This document shows positions 18,172 through 26,434 of a stretch of 64,000 bases of DNA, in pieces. Under the pieces are notes generated by a model that saw nothing but the letters and a program-made list of their open reading frames with translations, did not search any database and was not told where the DNA came from. A program made the translations under genes and the position numbers. The DNA comes from Actinomycetota bacterium. Its GTDB lineage: Bacteria > Actinomycetota > Acidimicrobiia > Acidimicrobiales > Ilumatobacteraceae. Location of the stretch: contig VFYV01000009.1 of NCBI GenBank assembly GCA_016871395.1, positions 7,457 through 71,456 on the forward strand. The letters are read 5' to 3'. Within the stretch, counting starts at the first letter, position 1, and the number at the start of each line of letters is the position of its first letter.

Positions 18172-18989
18172 ATTCCGCCGAAGCGACGCCTCCTTTGGTT
18201 CGCTTCGATCATGTGTCGTGCTCGTACGGCAACGGGCCGGTCATCGAGAACGTCGATCTCACGGTGGCGCGTGGCGAGTTCGTGGGAATCGTCGGACCCT
18301 CGGGATCCGGAAAGACCACGTTGCTGCGCGCGATGCTCGGGTCGGTGAAGCCGGTTCACGGCTCGGTGATGTGGTCGCCGTCGTTGCGGGTCGCCTACGT
18401 GCCCCAACTCGAGACTTTGGACTGGAATTTCCCGGTCACTGTGTCCGAGGTGGTGGCCATGGGCCGACCGCAACGCTCGTGGTGGCCGCGACTTCAGCCC
18501 TCCGAGAAGTCCGAGATCCAACGCGTACTCGAGCACCTCGGCTTGGCGGGTCTCTGGTCGCGACACATCCGCGAGTTGTCCGGCGGCCAGCAGCAGCGCG
18601 TGTTCCTGGCTCGGGCCTTGATTCAGAAACCCGATTTACTGGTGCTCGACGAGCCCACGGCGGGCGTCGACGTGCGCACACGTCACGAGGTTCTGCACGT
18701 GCTGGCCGATCTCAACGAGTTGCACCCCGACCGCGGCGACGGCGAATCGGGCATCGCGATCGTTCTCACCACTCACGATCTCAACGGCCTCGCGGCCCAT
18801 CTTCCCCGATTGATCTGCCTCAACAGAAACGTGGTGGCCGACGGTTCACCGAGCGAGGTGTTGAAACCCTATTTCCTCGAGCGCACCTACGGAGCCCCCA
18901 TGGAGGTGCTGCAACACGGTGGCATGCCTGTCGTTCTCGAGCAGGGAGGTGACGAGTTGCGCCTGCGTCTCAGTCGTCGCGGAGCGTGA
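18168..18989 (+). CDS. Metal ABC transporter ATP-binding protein
   Basis: Walker A GPSGSGKTT, ABC signature LSGGQQQRV and Walker B LLVLDEP are all present. There is a 4-nt overlap with the upstream gene. Confidence 0.9.
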   Translation: MNSAEATPPLVRFDHVSCSYGNGPVIENVDLTVARGEFVGIVGPSGSGKTTLLRAMLGSVKPVHGSVMWSPSLRVAYVPQLETLDWNFPVTVSEVVAMGRPQRSWWPRLQPSEKSEIQRVLEHLGLAGLWSRHIRELSGGQQQRVFLARALIQKPDLLVLDEPTAGVDVRTRHEVLHVLADLNELHPDRGDGESGIAIVLTTHDLNGLAAHLPRLICLNRNVVADGSPSEVLKPYFLERTYGAPMEVLQHGGMPVVLEQGGDELRLRLSRRGA

Positions 18990-19861
18990 ACCTGATCGCG
19001 GTCGACCTGCTCGAGCCGTTTGCATTCGAGTTCTTCCGCAACGGTTTGCTCGTCGCCACCTTGGCCGGCGCCTTGTGTGGCCTGATCGGCGTGTTCGTAG
19101 TGTTGCGCAGCATGAGTTACATCGGCCACGGACTCAGTCATGCCGTGTTCGGTGGTGCAGCCCTGGCCGCCGTGTTGAACATCAACTACTTCATCGGGGC
19201 CGGCTTGTGGGGTGTCGTCTCGGGTCTCATGATCGGTCGCGTCTCGCGCAAACGCATCATCGGGGCCGACGCGGCCATTGGCGTCATCACCACGGCCTCG
19301 TTTGCGGTTGGCCTGGCCCTCCAGGCCCGTTTCGGTCAGGCCAAGCGCAGCATCGATGCGGTTCTCTTCGGCAACGTGCTCGGGGTCTTCACCGCCGACA
19401 TCCTCGCCGTGGCTGGCGTGGGCGTGGTCAGTGCGGTGGTGGTCGTTCTGTCGTACCGAAAGTTGCTGTTCACCACGTTCGATCCCGAGGTGGCCGGAGT
19501 CAGCGGCGTCAACGTTCCCGGCATGGAAGCGGTGCTCATGATCCTGCTGTCGGCCACCATTTTGGTGACGGTGAGGGTGATCGGGGTGTTGTTGATCTCG
19601 GCCCTGCTCGTGTTGCCGGCGGTGACGGCCCGACTGCTCACTAATTCGTTCGGTCGGATGTTGTGGTTGTCTCCGGTGTTGGGTGCGGTGTTCGGAGGGG
19701 TCGGAATGTACGCCAGTTGGTACGCCGACGTTCCGAGCGGTGCGGTGATCATCATCGCCGGAACCATCGTCTTCGTCGTCGTGTACACCGTTGCGGGCGT
19801 TCGTCGTCGAGCGCGGGTGGCCGGCATGGACCACCACGGCCCGTCACTGCGGTCCGCGTAA
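18986..19861 (+). CDS. Metal ABC transporter permease (ABC-3 / ZnuB-TroCD type)
   Basis: This is a polytopic membrane protein of 291 aa. It has a GTGA overlap with the ATPase gene, and its composition and length match ABC-3 permeases. Confidence 0.88.
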   Translation: MNLIAVDLLEPFAFEFFRNGLLVATLAGALCGLIGVFVVLRSMSYIGHGLSHAVFGGAALAAVLNINYFIGAGLWGVVSGLMIGRVSRKRIIGADAAIGVITTASFAVGLALQARFGQAKRSIDAVLFGNVLGVFTADILAVAGVGVVSAVVVVLSYRKLLFTTFDPEVAGVSGVNVPGMEAVLMILLSATILVTVRVIGVLLISALLVLPAVTARLLTNSFGRMLWLSPVLGAVFGGVGMYASWYADVPSGAVIIIAGTIVFVVVYTVAGVRRRARVAGMDHHGPSLRSA

Positions 19862-21109
19862 CACCCATTCCACGCCCTGGGGCGTGTCGCGCACCTCCAC
19901 GTCGACGGCGGCCAGACGGTCGCGAATGAGGTCGCTCAGGTCGTAGCGCTTGTCGGCGCGCACCGCGGCCCGCAACTCGAGCAACACCCCGATGTAGGGC
20001 CCGATCACGTCGCGGGGATCAGCGAGACCGCCCACCGCGGCATCGCCGAGTCGAACGATCATCGAGCGCAACGCCGCGCGAGCCATGTCCATGTCGGTGC
20101 CCTGCAACGTGTCGGCCGACCAATCTCGTATGGATGTCTCCAGCTCGAGAGCCGCTCGGACGGCGTCCCCGGCCCGTCCGGTGGCCAAGGCCGCGTCGAA
20201 GGCAGCGACCGCACGTGCGGTGTCACTGGCGAGCGACGCCGAAGGGTCGATGTCGGACACTGGCTGGCTGGACAAGGTTGGTGTCACTGCGCTCGTCGAT
20301 GCCACGCTCGTGGCCCCCGCTGGATCGCGCAGTTGATCGATGCTCACGACGCAGCCCGAACGGTGTACGACTGACGAACCCCGCACCCTCACCGTGACGG
20401 TGCCGTTCCCGATGATCGTGGCGGTATCGGCGTCGAGGTCGAGTATCACGCCGGTGTGCTCGTCCACCCCTATGACGTGTGTATCGGAGGGCAACTGATC
20501 TTCCAACAGGCGTAGCCGACGTTCGCCCAGATAGCAAAAACGGGTGTCGTGATGACCACCCTCGGCGTTGTCGTAATGGGGAATCACCGCGACGCTCAGG
20601 CCTATCTCGCTCAACACGTCCAGTCCGTCGAGCCAGTAAGGCTCCTCGCCGACCTTGTAGATCTCGTAGACCGGAACCGTGAAGCGGCCGAGCGTCAAAG
20701 CGGCGGCCGAGGCGAAGGTGACCGCACCGCCGGTTCGCATCTTCGCGCGTATGAGGTCGGGCACCGCACTACCCGCCCACTGACGCAGGGCATAGGTCGG
20801 ACTTCCGGGTCCGGCGAACAGGTAGTTGGCGCGACGTAGGCGATCGAGTCCCTGCTCGACAACGAGTGGATCCTCGTCGCGCAGGCGCGTGAGCCCGGCC
20901 ACCTCGATGGGCTGTCCAACGGACTTTTGAAAGTACTCCACCGCGCGCCCCGCCAACTCGGGGGCGTTCTCCTGGAAGCCGTACGGAGTGTCGAGGACCA
21001 CCGCCGAGGGCGTGCCGGGAAGCCGTGCGATGAGGTCGCGGTGCGGCTTCATCATGGTCGGTGCGGTCTCGCCCGAGCCCATGATGGTGAGAAGTCGGGG
21101 AAGGCTCAT
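19844..21109 (-). CDS. Hypothetical two-domain protein: peptidase-S51/class-I-glutamine-amidotransferase-like N-domain plus CysRS-type C-terminal tail
   Basis: The N-terminal part (LLTIMGSGETAP...ANYLFAGPGSPTYALRQW...GGAVTFASAAALTLG) resembles the cyanophycinase/dipeptidase-E layout. The C-terminus (LRAAVRADKRYDLSDLIRDRLAAVDVEVRDTPQGVEWVL) matches the conserved C-terminal helix-strand tail of cysteinyl-tRNA synthetases and MshC. There is an ATGA overlap with the upstream hydrolase gene. Confidence 0.75.
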   Translation of the reverse strand: MSLPRLLTIMGSGETAPTMMKPHRDLIARLPGTPSAVVLDTPYGFQENAPELAGRAVEYFQKSVGQPIEVAGLTRLRDEDPLVVEQGLDRLRRANYLFAGPGSPTYALRQWAGSAVPDLIRAKMRTGGAVTFASAAALTLGRFTVPVYEIYKVGEEPYWLDGLDVLSEIGLSVAVIPHYDNAEGGHHDTRFCYLGERRLRLLEDQLPSDTHVIGVDEHTGVILDLDADTATIIGNGTVTVRVRGSSVVHRSGCVVSIDQLRDPAGATSVASTSAVTPTLSSQPVSDIDPSASLASDTARAVAAFDAALATGRAGDAVRAALELETSIRDWSADTLQGTDMDMARAALRSMIVRLGDAAVGGLADPRDVIGPYIGVLLELRAAVRADKRYDLSDLIRDRLAAVDVEVRDTPQGVEWVLRGPQ

Positions 21110-22080
21110 GACAGGAATCCGTTCTCGACATTGTCGATGAGGACATCAGCGCAGCGCTGCGGGTGCTGGGCGTGCAGATCGTGGTGCGCGGGTCGGAACC
21201 AGTGTGCCCGACCACGCTTCAGGCTGGTCACCGCGCGATCTATGGATCGTTCCTTGTCGTTGGTCCACGAGACATCACCGGAGTCCGCGGGGAGGAAGAG
21301 CACCGGACGCTCGATGGTGGGAAACAGTTCCGACGGACGGTGAGTCCATAATTCGTGCAAGATCTTCATGTGACGCTCGAAGCTGAGGTGTGGTCGGATC
21401 GTCCCATCGTCGAGGAAATCGAAATTCGACAGTGAACCGATGATCCCTGTTTCAGGCCAGTCAGCGCTGGTGGCCCTGATCGCGCTCTCCAATCGGCTCG
21501 CGCGCATGCCAGCCAGACGTGGCGGCGCCATGTGGCGCGCGCAGTCATCCCAGACGGGAAACACCTGACCCAACTCGATGATGCCTCCGTCGACGGCCAC
21601 CGCACCGATGACCCGGTCCGGATCGCGATGAGCCGCGTGCACGACGATGTTTCCGCCCCACGACTGACCGACGAACACCGCGCGGGGGATGTCCAGGTGA
21701 TCGAGGAGTCCGCACAGGTCGTGGCACACCGTGTCGAAGTCGTAGCCGTCGTCGGGTTTGTCGCTCGATCCATGTCCGCGCAGATCGACCGCGATGCTGG
21801 CGTACCCGGAACGAGCGAGAGCCTCGCCGACGCCGTCCCACATTCGGGCGTTCGACGCCAGACCGTGAATCAGCAAGAAGACGGGGGAGTCGGAGCGTCG
21901 CTCACCTCGCTGGATGGTTCGCAGGATCGGACCTTGTCCGGTGGGGACTCTGTCGACCACGGCGCCCCGGAGGGGAAAGCGTTCACTCGGAGACTTCACC
22001 CCCGAAGTCTGCCCGCCTTCGCCGGTGTTTGCCCGAACGAGCGGTTCATCGGTCGGAGATTCGTGGCACGATGGGGTCAT
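21106..22080 (-). CDS. Alpha/beta hydrolase
   Basis: Motifs are VFLLIHGLASNARMWD and the nucleophile elbow FVGQSWGG. The start is uncertain: ATG 22080 shares a CATG with the divergent larE start, and in-frame GTGs occur at 21999 and 21960. The upstream part of track ORF 21106..22365 is unsupported. Confidence 0.8.
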   Translation of the reverse strand: MTPSCHESPTDEPLVRANTGEGGQTSGVKSPSERFPLRGAVVDRVPTGQGPILRTIQRGERRSDSPVFLLIHGLASNARMWDGVGEALARSGYASIAVDLRGHGSSDKPDDGYDFDTVCHDLCGLLDHLDIPRAVFVGQSWGGNIVVHAAHRDPDRVIGAVAVDGGIIELGQVFPVWDDCARHMAPPRLAGMRASRLESAIRATSADWPETGIIGSLSNFDFLDDGTIRPHLSFERHMKILHELWTHRPSELFPTIERPVLFLPADSGDVSWTNDKERSIDRAVTSLKRGRAHWFRPAHHDLHAQHPQRCADVLIDNVENGFLS

Positions 22081-22930
22081 GTCCAACGCCCACCAAACGT
22101 TGACCGGCAAAATCAACGCGCTCGAGAGCATCCTGCGCGACCTCGAATCGGTCGTGGTGGCTTTCAGCGGGGGAGCCGATTCGGCGTATCTCGCCGCGGT
22201 GGCGCATCGGGTTCTCGGGGCCGAACGGGCGCACGCGGTCACGGCGGTTTCACCCAGTCTGGCCGGCGACGAGGAACGCGACTGCCGAGAGTTGGCTCGC
22301 GAGTGGGGACTTCGTTGGACGCCGGTGTCGACCGCCGAGATGGAGCGCGCCGCGTATCGAGCCAACGACCTCGATCGTTGTTATCACTGTAAGACCGAAC
22401 TGATGAATGTCGTCGGGCCGATCGCCTCCGAGGAGAGAGCCACCGTGGTTCTCGGTGTGAACAATGACGATCTCGCCGACCATCGACCGGGCCAACGCGC
22501 GGCCATCGAGCTCGGTGCGGTCTTCCCGTTGGTGTTGGCCGGCTTCACCAAGGACGACGTTCGCACCGCCTCACGTCTGGATGGTCTGCGTACTTGGGAC
22601 AAGCCGGCAGCGGCGTGTCTGGCCAGTCGGGTGCCCTACGGAACGCCGGTGAGCATCGAGATCCTCAGCCGCGTCGATCGGGCCGAGGCGGGTCTGCGCC
22701 GACTGGGTTTCCGCCAGGTGCGAGTGCGCCACTACGGCGAAACCGCCCGCATCGAAGTCGACGAGGGCGACCTGGGGCGCGCGATCCTGGCCCGCGTCGA
22801 GATCGTGGAGGCGGTCAAAGGGGCCGGCTATCGCTACGCCACCATCGACCTCGAGGGCTTTCGTTCGGGAAACCTCAATCCCGGGCCGGTGGGTGGTGAG
22901 GGTTCGTCCCCGGACCTGCGTCGCTCGTAG
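22079..22930 (+). CDS. larE: ATP-dependent sacrificial sulfur transferase LarE-like (PP-loop ATP pyrophosphatase, TIGR00268-like)
   Basis: The ATG at 22079 gives MSNAHQTLTGKINALESILRDL. The PP-loop is AFSGGADSAYLA, and the conserved Cys context KPAAACLASRVPYGT matches the LarE sulfur-donor cysteine region. Confidence 0.78.
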   Translation: MSNAHQTLTGKINALESILRDLESVVVAFSGGADSAYLAAVAHRVLGAERAHAVTAVSPSLAGDEERDCRELAREWGLRWTPVSTAEMERAAYRANDLDRCYHCKTELMNVVGPIASEERATVVLGVNNDDLADHRPGQRAAIELGAVFPLVLAGFTKDDVRTASRLDGLRTWDKPAAACLASRVPYGTPVSIEILSRVDRAEAGLRRLGFRQVRVRHYGETARIEVDEGDLGRAILARVEIVEAVKGAGYRYATIDLEGFRSGNLNPGPVGGEGSSPDLRRS

Positions 22931-22977
22931 GGTTTGGTGGGTTGGGCCGTGTCGGCCCGCGTCACCGGAGGAAAAGC

Positions 22978-24033
22978 ATGAAGCTGTCCATGATGCTCAA
23001 CTATGCCGGAGGCTTCCATGCCGCCGTCGATCGCGTCGTCGAGTTGGAAAAGGCCGGGCTCGATGTGGTCTGGATCGCCGAGGCCTACAGCGCCGATGCG
23101 ATCAGTCAGGTCGGGTATCTGGCCGCCAAGACGAACACCGTCGAGATCGGCACGGGCATCGTGAACGTGTACAGCCGAACCGCGGCACTCATGGCGATGA
23201 CAGCGGCTGGTTGCGACTACGTCAGCAACGGACGTTTCATCCTCGGTCTCGGCGCCAGCGGACCGCAGGTCATCGAGGGCTTCCATGGCGTGCCCTACGA
23301 GAAGCCGATGCAGCGCATCAAGGAATACATTCAGGCCTGCCGCATGATCTGGGCTCGCGAGGAGCCATTCCACATGGACGGGCAGACCGTCAAAGTGCCG
23401 TTGCCCGCCGGTGAAGGAACCGGCCTGGGTAAGCCGTTGAAGATCATCAAGCCCGGCCAGGAGATTCGTAGGGACATCCCCATCTGGTGGGCGAGCCTCA
23501 TGGGCCTCAGCGTTCAGGCCACGGCCGAGGTGGCCAATGGTTGGTTGCCGATCTTCTTCGATCCCGACAAATTCCAGAACGTCTGGGGCGACGATCTGAA
23601 GAAGGGTCTGGCCAAACGAAACCCCGACCTGCCGCGCCTGCAAATCTCGGCCGGAGGCATGGTGGTCATCGACGAGAAGCTCACGGGTGACGCTCAGGAC
23701 AAGATCCTCGACTTCGCCCGCCCCAACGCGGCCTTGTACATCGGCGGTATGGGCGCGCGCGACAAGAACTTCTACAACACCATCTGCAAGAAGTACGGCT
23801 ACGAGAAGGAAGCAATCGAGATCCAGGACCTCTACTTGTCCGGACGCAAGGACGAGGCCGCCGCGATCGTGCCGCGCGAAATGCTCGCCAACTCGAACCT
23901 GGTCGGTCCCAAGAATTTCATCAAGGAGCGTTTGGCAGCCTTCAAGGAAGCCGGCGTCACGGTGCTGTCGGTCAACCCGGTCGGACCCGACGCGGTCAAG
24001 ACCATCGAGACGTTGAAGGAGATGATCTCCTGA
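22978..24033 (+). CDS. LLM-class (luciferase-like) F420-dependent oxidoreductase
   Basis: The ATG at 22978 has a strong GGAGGA Shine-Dalgarno. MKLSMMLNYAGG...VVWIAEAYSADAISQVGYLAA...LGLGASGPQVIEGFHG is typical of luciferase-like monooxygenase-family proteins. Confidence 0.85.
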   Translation: MKLSMMLNYAGGFHAAVDRVVELEKAGLDVVWIAEAYSADAISQVGYLAAKTNTVEIGTGIVNVYSRTAALMAMTAAGCDYVSNGRFILGLGASGPQVIEGFHGVPYEKPMQRIKEYIQACRMIWAREEPFHMDGQTVKVPLPAGEGTGLGKPLKIIKPGQEIRRDIPIWWASLMGLSVQATAEVANGWLPIFFDPDKFQNVWGDDLKKGLAKRNPDLPRLQISAGGMVVIDEKLTGDAQDKILDFARPNAALYIGGMGARDKNFYNTICKKYGYEKEAIEIQDLYLSGRKDEAAAIVPREMLANSNLVGPKNFIKERLAAFKEAGVTVLSVNPVGPDAVKTIETLKEMIS

Positions 24034-25229
24034 TGGTCGCCGTCAAAAACATCGCGGGCTCGGTGGCGCCGGGTTGGGAGAAGGTGCGTGACGCTTTCGA
24101 GGCGAATTTCGCCGGTGAGGAAATCGGGGCGGCGACAGCCGTGTATCACCGTGGCCGCAAGGTGGTCGATCTGTGGGGTGGCTCGTTCGACGCTCGAGGC
24201 ACCCGCGATTACACCGAGGACACGCTGCAGTTGGTGTTTTCCACCACCAAGGGCATCACGGCCATGGCCGTGGCCATGTGCGCCGAGCGGGGGTTGCTCT
24301 CCTATGACGAGAAGGTTTCCACCTATTGGCCCGAGTTCGCCGCCGAGGGTAAGGGCGAGGCCACGGTCGCGCAGCTGTTGTCGCATCAGTGCGGCCTGTA
24401 CACGGTCGACGGCGACATCTCACTGGCCGAGGCGCTCGACTGGAAAACGATCACGTCACGTCTGGCGGCTACTGCTCCTCGGTGGCCCATCGGAACGCGG
24501 CATGGTTACCACGCGTTGACCTACGGCTGGCTGGCCGGCGAATTGGTTCGTCGTGTCGACCCCGCTCATCGCAGTCTGGGCACCTTTGTTCAGCAAGAGA
24601 TCGTGGCTCGTGTGGGTGGTGAGCTGTGGATCGGCTTGCCGGAGTCGCAGGAACATCGGGTGTCGCCGATGATCGGTGGTCTGACCACCATGGACGACCC
24701 CAACATGGACCCGGCCGTGAAGGCCATGATGGAACAGTTCATGGGGCCGAATTCGGCCGGAGGACGCGCACTCAGTTTGAACGGAGCGTTCAGCGTGGAT
24801 GGTGCGTTCAATCGTCGTGACGTTCATGCCGCCGAGATCCCCGCCGCCAATGCCATCACCAACGCGCGCACCTTGGCCCGCATCTACGCCGCCGCCATCG
24901 GCGAGGTGGACGGCGTGAGGTTGTTGAAGCCCGAGACCGTCGAGCGCGCCCGCACCAAGGTGACTCCGGAAAACGAGCCCGATGAGTGTTTGATCATGCC
25001 CACCACGTTCGGAATGGGGTTCATGGTCCATGGCCTGTTCAGCCTGTTCGGCGGTCCCGGATCGTTCGGACACCCCGGCGCCGGTGGCTCGGTGGCCTTC
25101 GCGCTTCCGGAGGCCGAGTTGAGCGTGGCTTACGTCATGAACAAAATGGCCTCGAACTTGGCCAACGACGTCAGGGCGCAGACGCTGGCGAATTCAGCAG
25201 TCGAATGCGCAGGCTCCGCGTCGCCCTGA
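24033..25229 (+). CDS. Serine hydrolase (beta-lactamase/esterase class C family)
   Basis: The SxxK motif is FSTTKGITAMAV and the length is 398 aa. The start overlaps the upstream stop (TGATG). Confidence 0.85.
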   Translation: MVAVKNIAGSVAPGWEKVRDAFEANFAGEEIGAATAVYHRGRKVVDLWGGSFDARGTRDYTEDTLQLVFSTTKGITAMAVAMCAERGLLSYDEKVSTYWPEFAAEGKGEATVAQLLSHQCGLYTVDGDISLAEALDWKTITSRLAATAPRWPIGTRHGYHALTYGWLAGELVRRVDPAHRSLGTFVQQEIVARVGGELWIGLPESQEHRVSPMIGGLTTMDDPNMDPAVKAMMEQFMGPNSAGGRALSLNGAFSVDGAFNRRDVHAAEIPAANAITNARTLARIYAAAIGEVDGVRLLKPETVERARTKVTPENEPDECLIMPTTFGMGFMVHGLFSLFGGPGSFGHPGAGGSVAFALPEAELSVAYVMNKMASNLANDVRAQTLANSAVECAGSASP

Positions 25230-26400
25230 TGTAGACGAAACTGGCCACCGCGGCCGCCCCAGTGAACAAGGTGATGGTCTCGCGCACGCCGATGGCGTCG
25301 GAGAGCAACCCCGCCAGGGCACTGGTCACCGACAGGGTCAGCGTTACCAGCGCGAAGTCTCCGGCGATGATGCGACCGCGCACGTCGTCGGGTGATCGCA
25401 TCTGCAGGCCGAACGTGCTCAGCGTCCACTGTGCTCCACCCCCCAGGTGCGCCAAAACGATGAAAAAGACCGCCAGAGCGAACAACGGCATCCACGCTCC
25501 CGCCAGGTAGCAGAGACTGAACGTCAAGCTCGACACTCCGCACACTTTGAGTACGCGACTCAGATCCCGCCCCGTGTACTTCATGGCCAAGGCGGGACCG
25601 ATGCCGGCGCCGAGTCCTCGGGCTCCGATCAGGATGCCTCGGTAGCCGTCTCCGCCGTCGAACACGTCCGAGGCCACCACCGCCAACTGCGACACCACGC
25701 CGCTGCCCACGGCAAAGGTCGTCTTCGACAGCATGAGGGCCATCAGCACCGGGTCCCGACGTGCGAGGGCGAGAGCCTCGCCCATGTCGGCCAGCGGGCG
25801 CAGTCGCTGTTGCCGCTTGGAGGGATCCGTCGGGGCCTGCAGTGGCGTGACGATGCGGAAGAAGAGGATGCCAGACCCGACGAAGGACAACGCATTGGCG
25901 ATGAAGGCGGCGTCACGGCCGAACGTGGCCGCGAATACGCCACCGATGGCGGCCCCGATTGCGAGCATCACACCCCACGTCGAGCCGAGCAACGCGTTGG
26001 CTCGTGAGAGTTCGTCCCCGTCACGAGCGATGTTGGGTACCGCCGCCTGCGTCGCGGGACCGACGACGGCGGCCAGTGCCGACACCGTGCTCTGAAGCAC
26101 CAGGGCCAGCCACACGGTGTCGGTGCCGACCAACAACAGTCCCGACGCCGCCAAGGCCTGGGCGCCCGACACCACCACGAGGACGCGGCGACGATCGAAT
26201 CGGTCCGCGATCGGTCCGGCAATCGGTGAAGCGACGAACGACGGCAGCGAGAAGGACACGACCACCATCGACACCACGAAGTTCGAGTCGGTGAGATCCG
26301 TGATGAGACCGACGAGAGCCACGAACGAAAACCAGTCACCCATGTACGAGACGACCTGGGCGACGAACATCCGACGCATGTCGGCATTCGATCGCAGCAT
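25171..26400 (-). CDS. MFS transporter
   Basis: The ATG at 26400 gives MLRSNADMRRMFVAQVVSYMGDWFSF. The product has about 12 hydrophobic segments and an IADRFDRRRVL loop motif. The track ORF's upstream 45 codons are unsupported. The 3' end overlaps the convergent hydrolase gene by 59 nt. Confidence 0.8.
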   Translation of the reverse strand: MLRSNADMRRMFVAQVVSYMGDWFSFVALVGLITDLTDSNFVVSMVVVSFSLPSFVASPIAGPIADRFDRRRVLVVVSGAQALAASGLLLVGTDTVWLALVLQSTVSALAAVVGPATQAAVPNIARDGDELSRANALLGSTWGVMLAIGAAIGGVFAATFGRDAAFIANALSFVGSGILFFRIVTPLQAPTDPSKRQQRLRPLADMGEALALARRDPVLMALMLSKTTFAVGSGVVSQLAVVASDVFDGGDGYRGILIGARGLGAGIGPALAMKYTGRDLSRVLKVCGVSSLTFSLCYLAGAWMPLFALAVFFIVLAHLGGGAQWTLSTFGLQMRSPDDVRGRIIAGDFALVTLTLSVTSALAGLLSDAIGVRETITLFTGAAAVASFVYIRATRSLRIRLLNSPASAP

Positions 26401-26434
26401 CGTCAACACAAGGTGCCCGAGACGAGTCAGTCGG

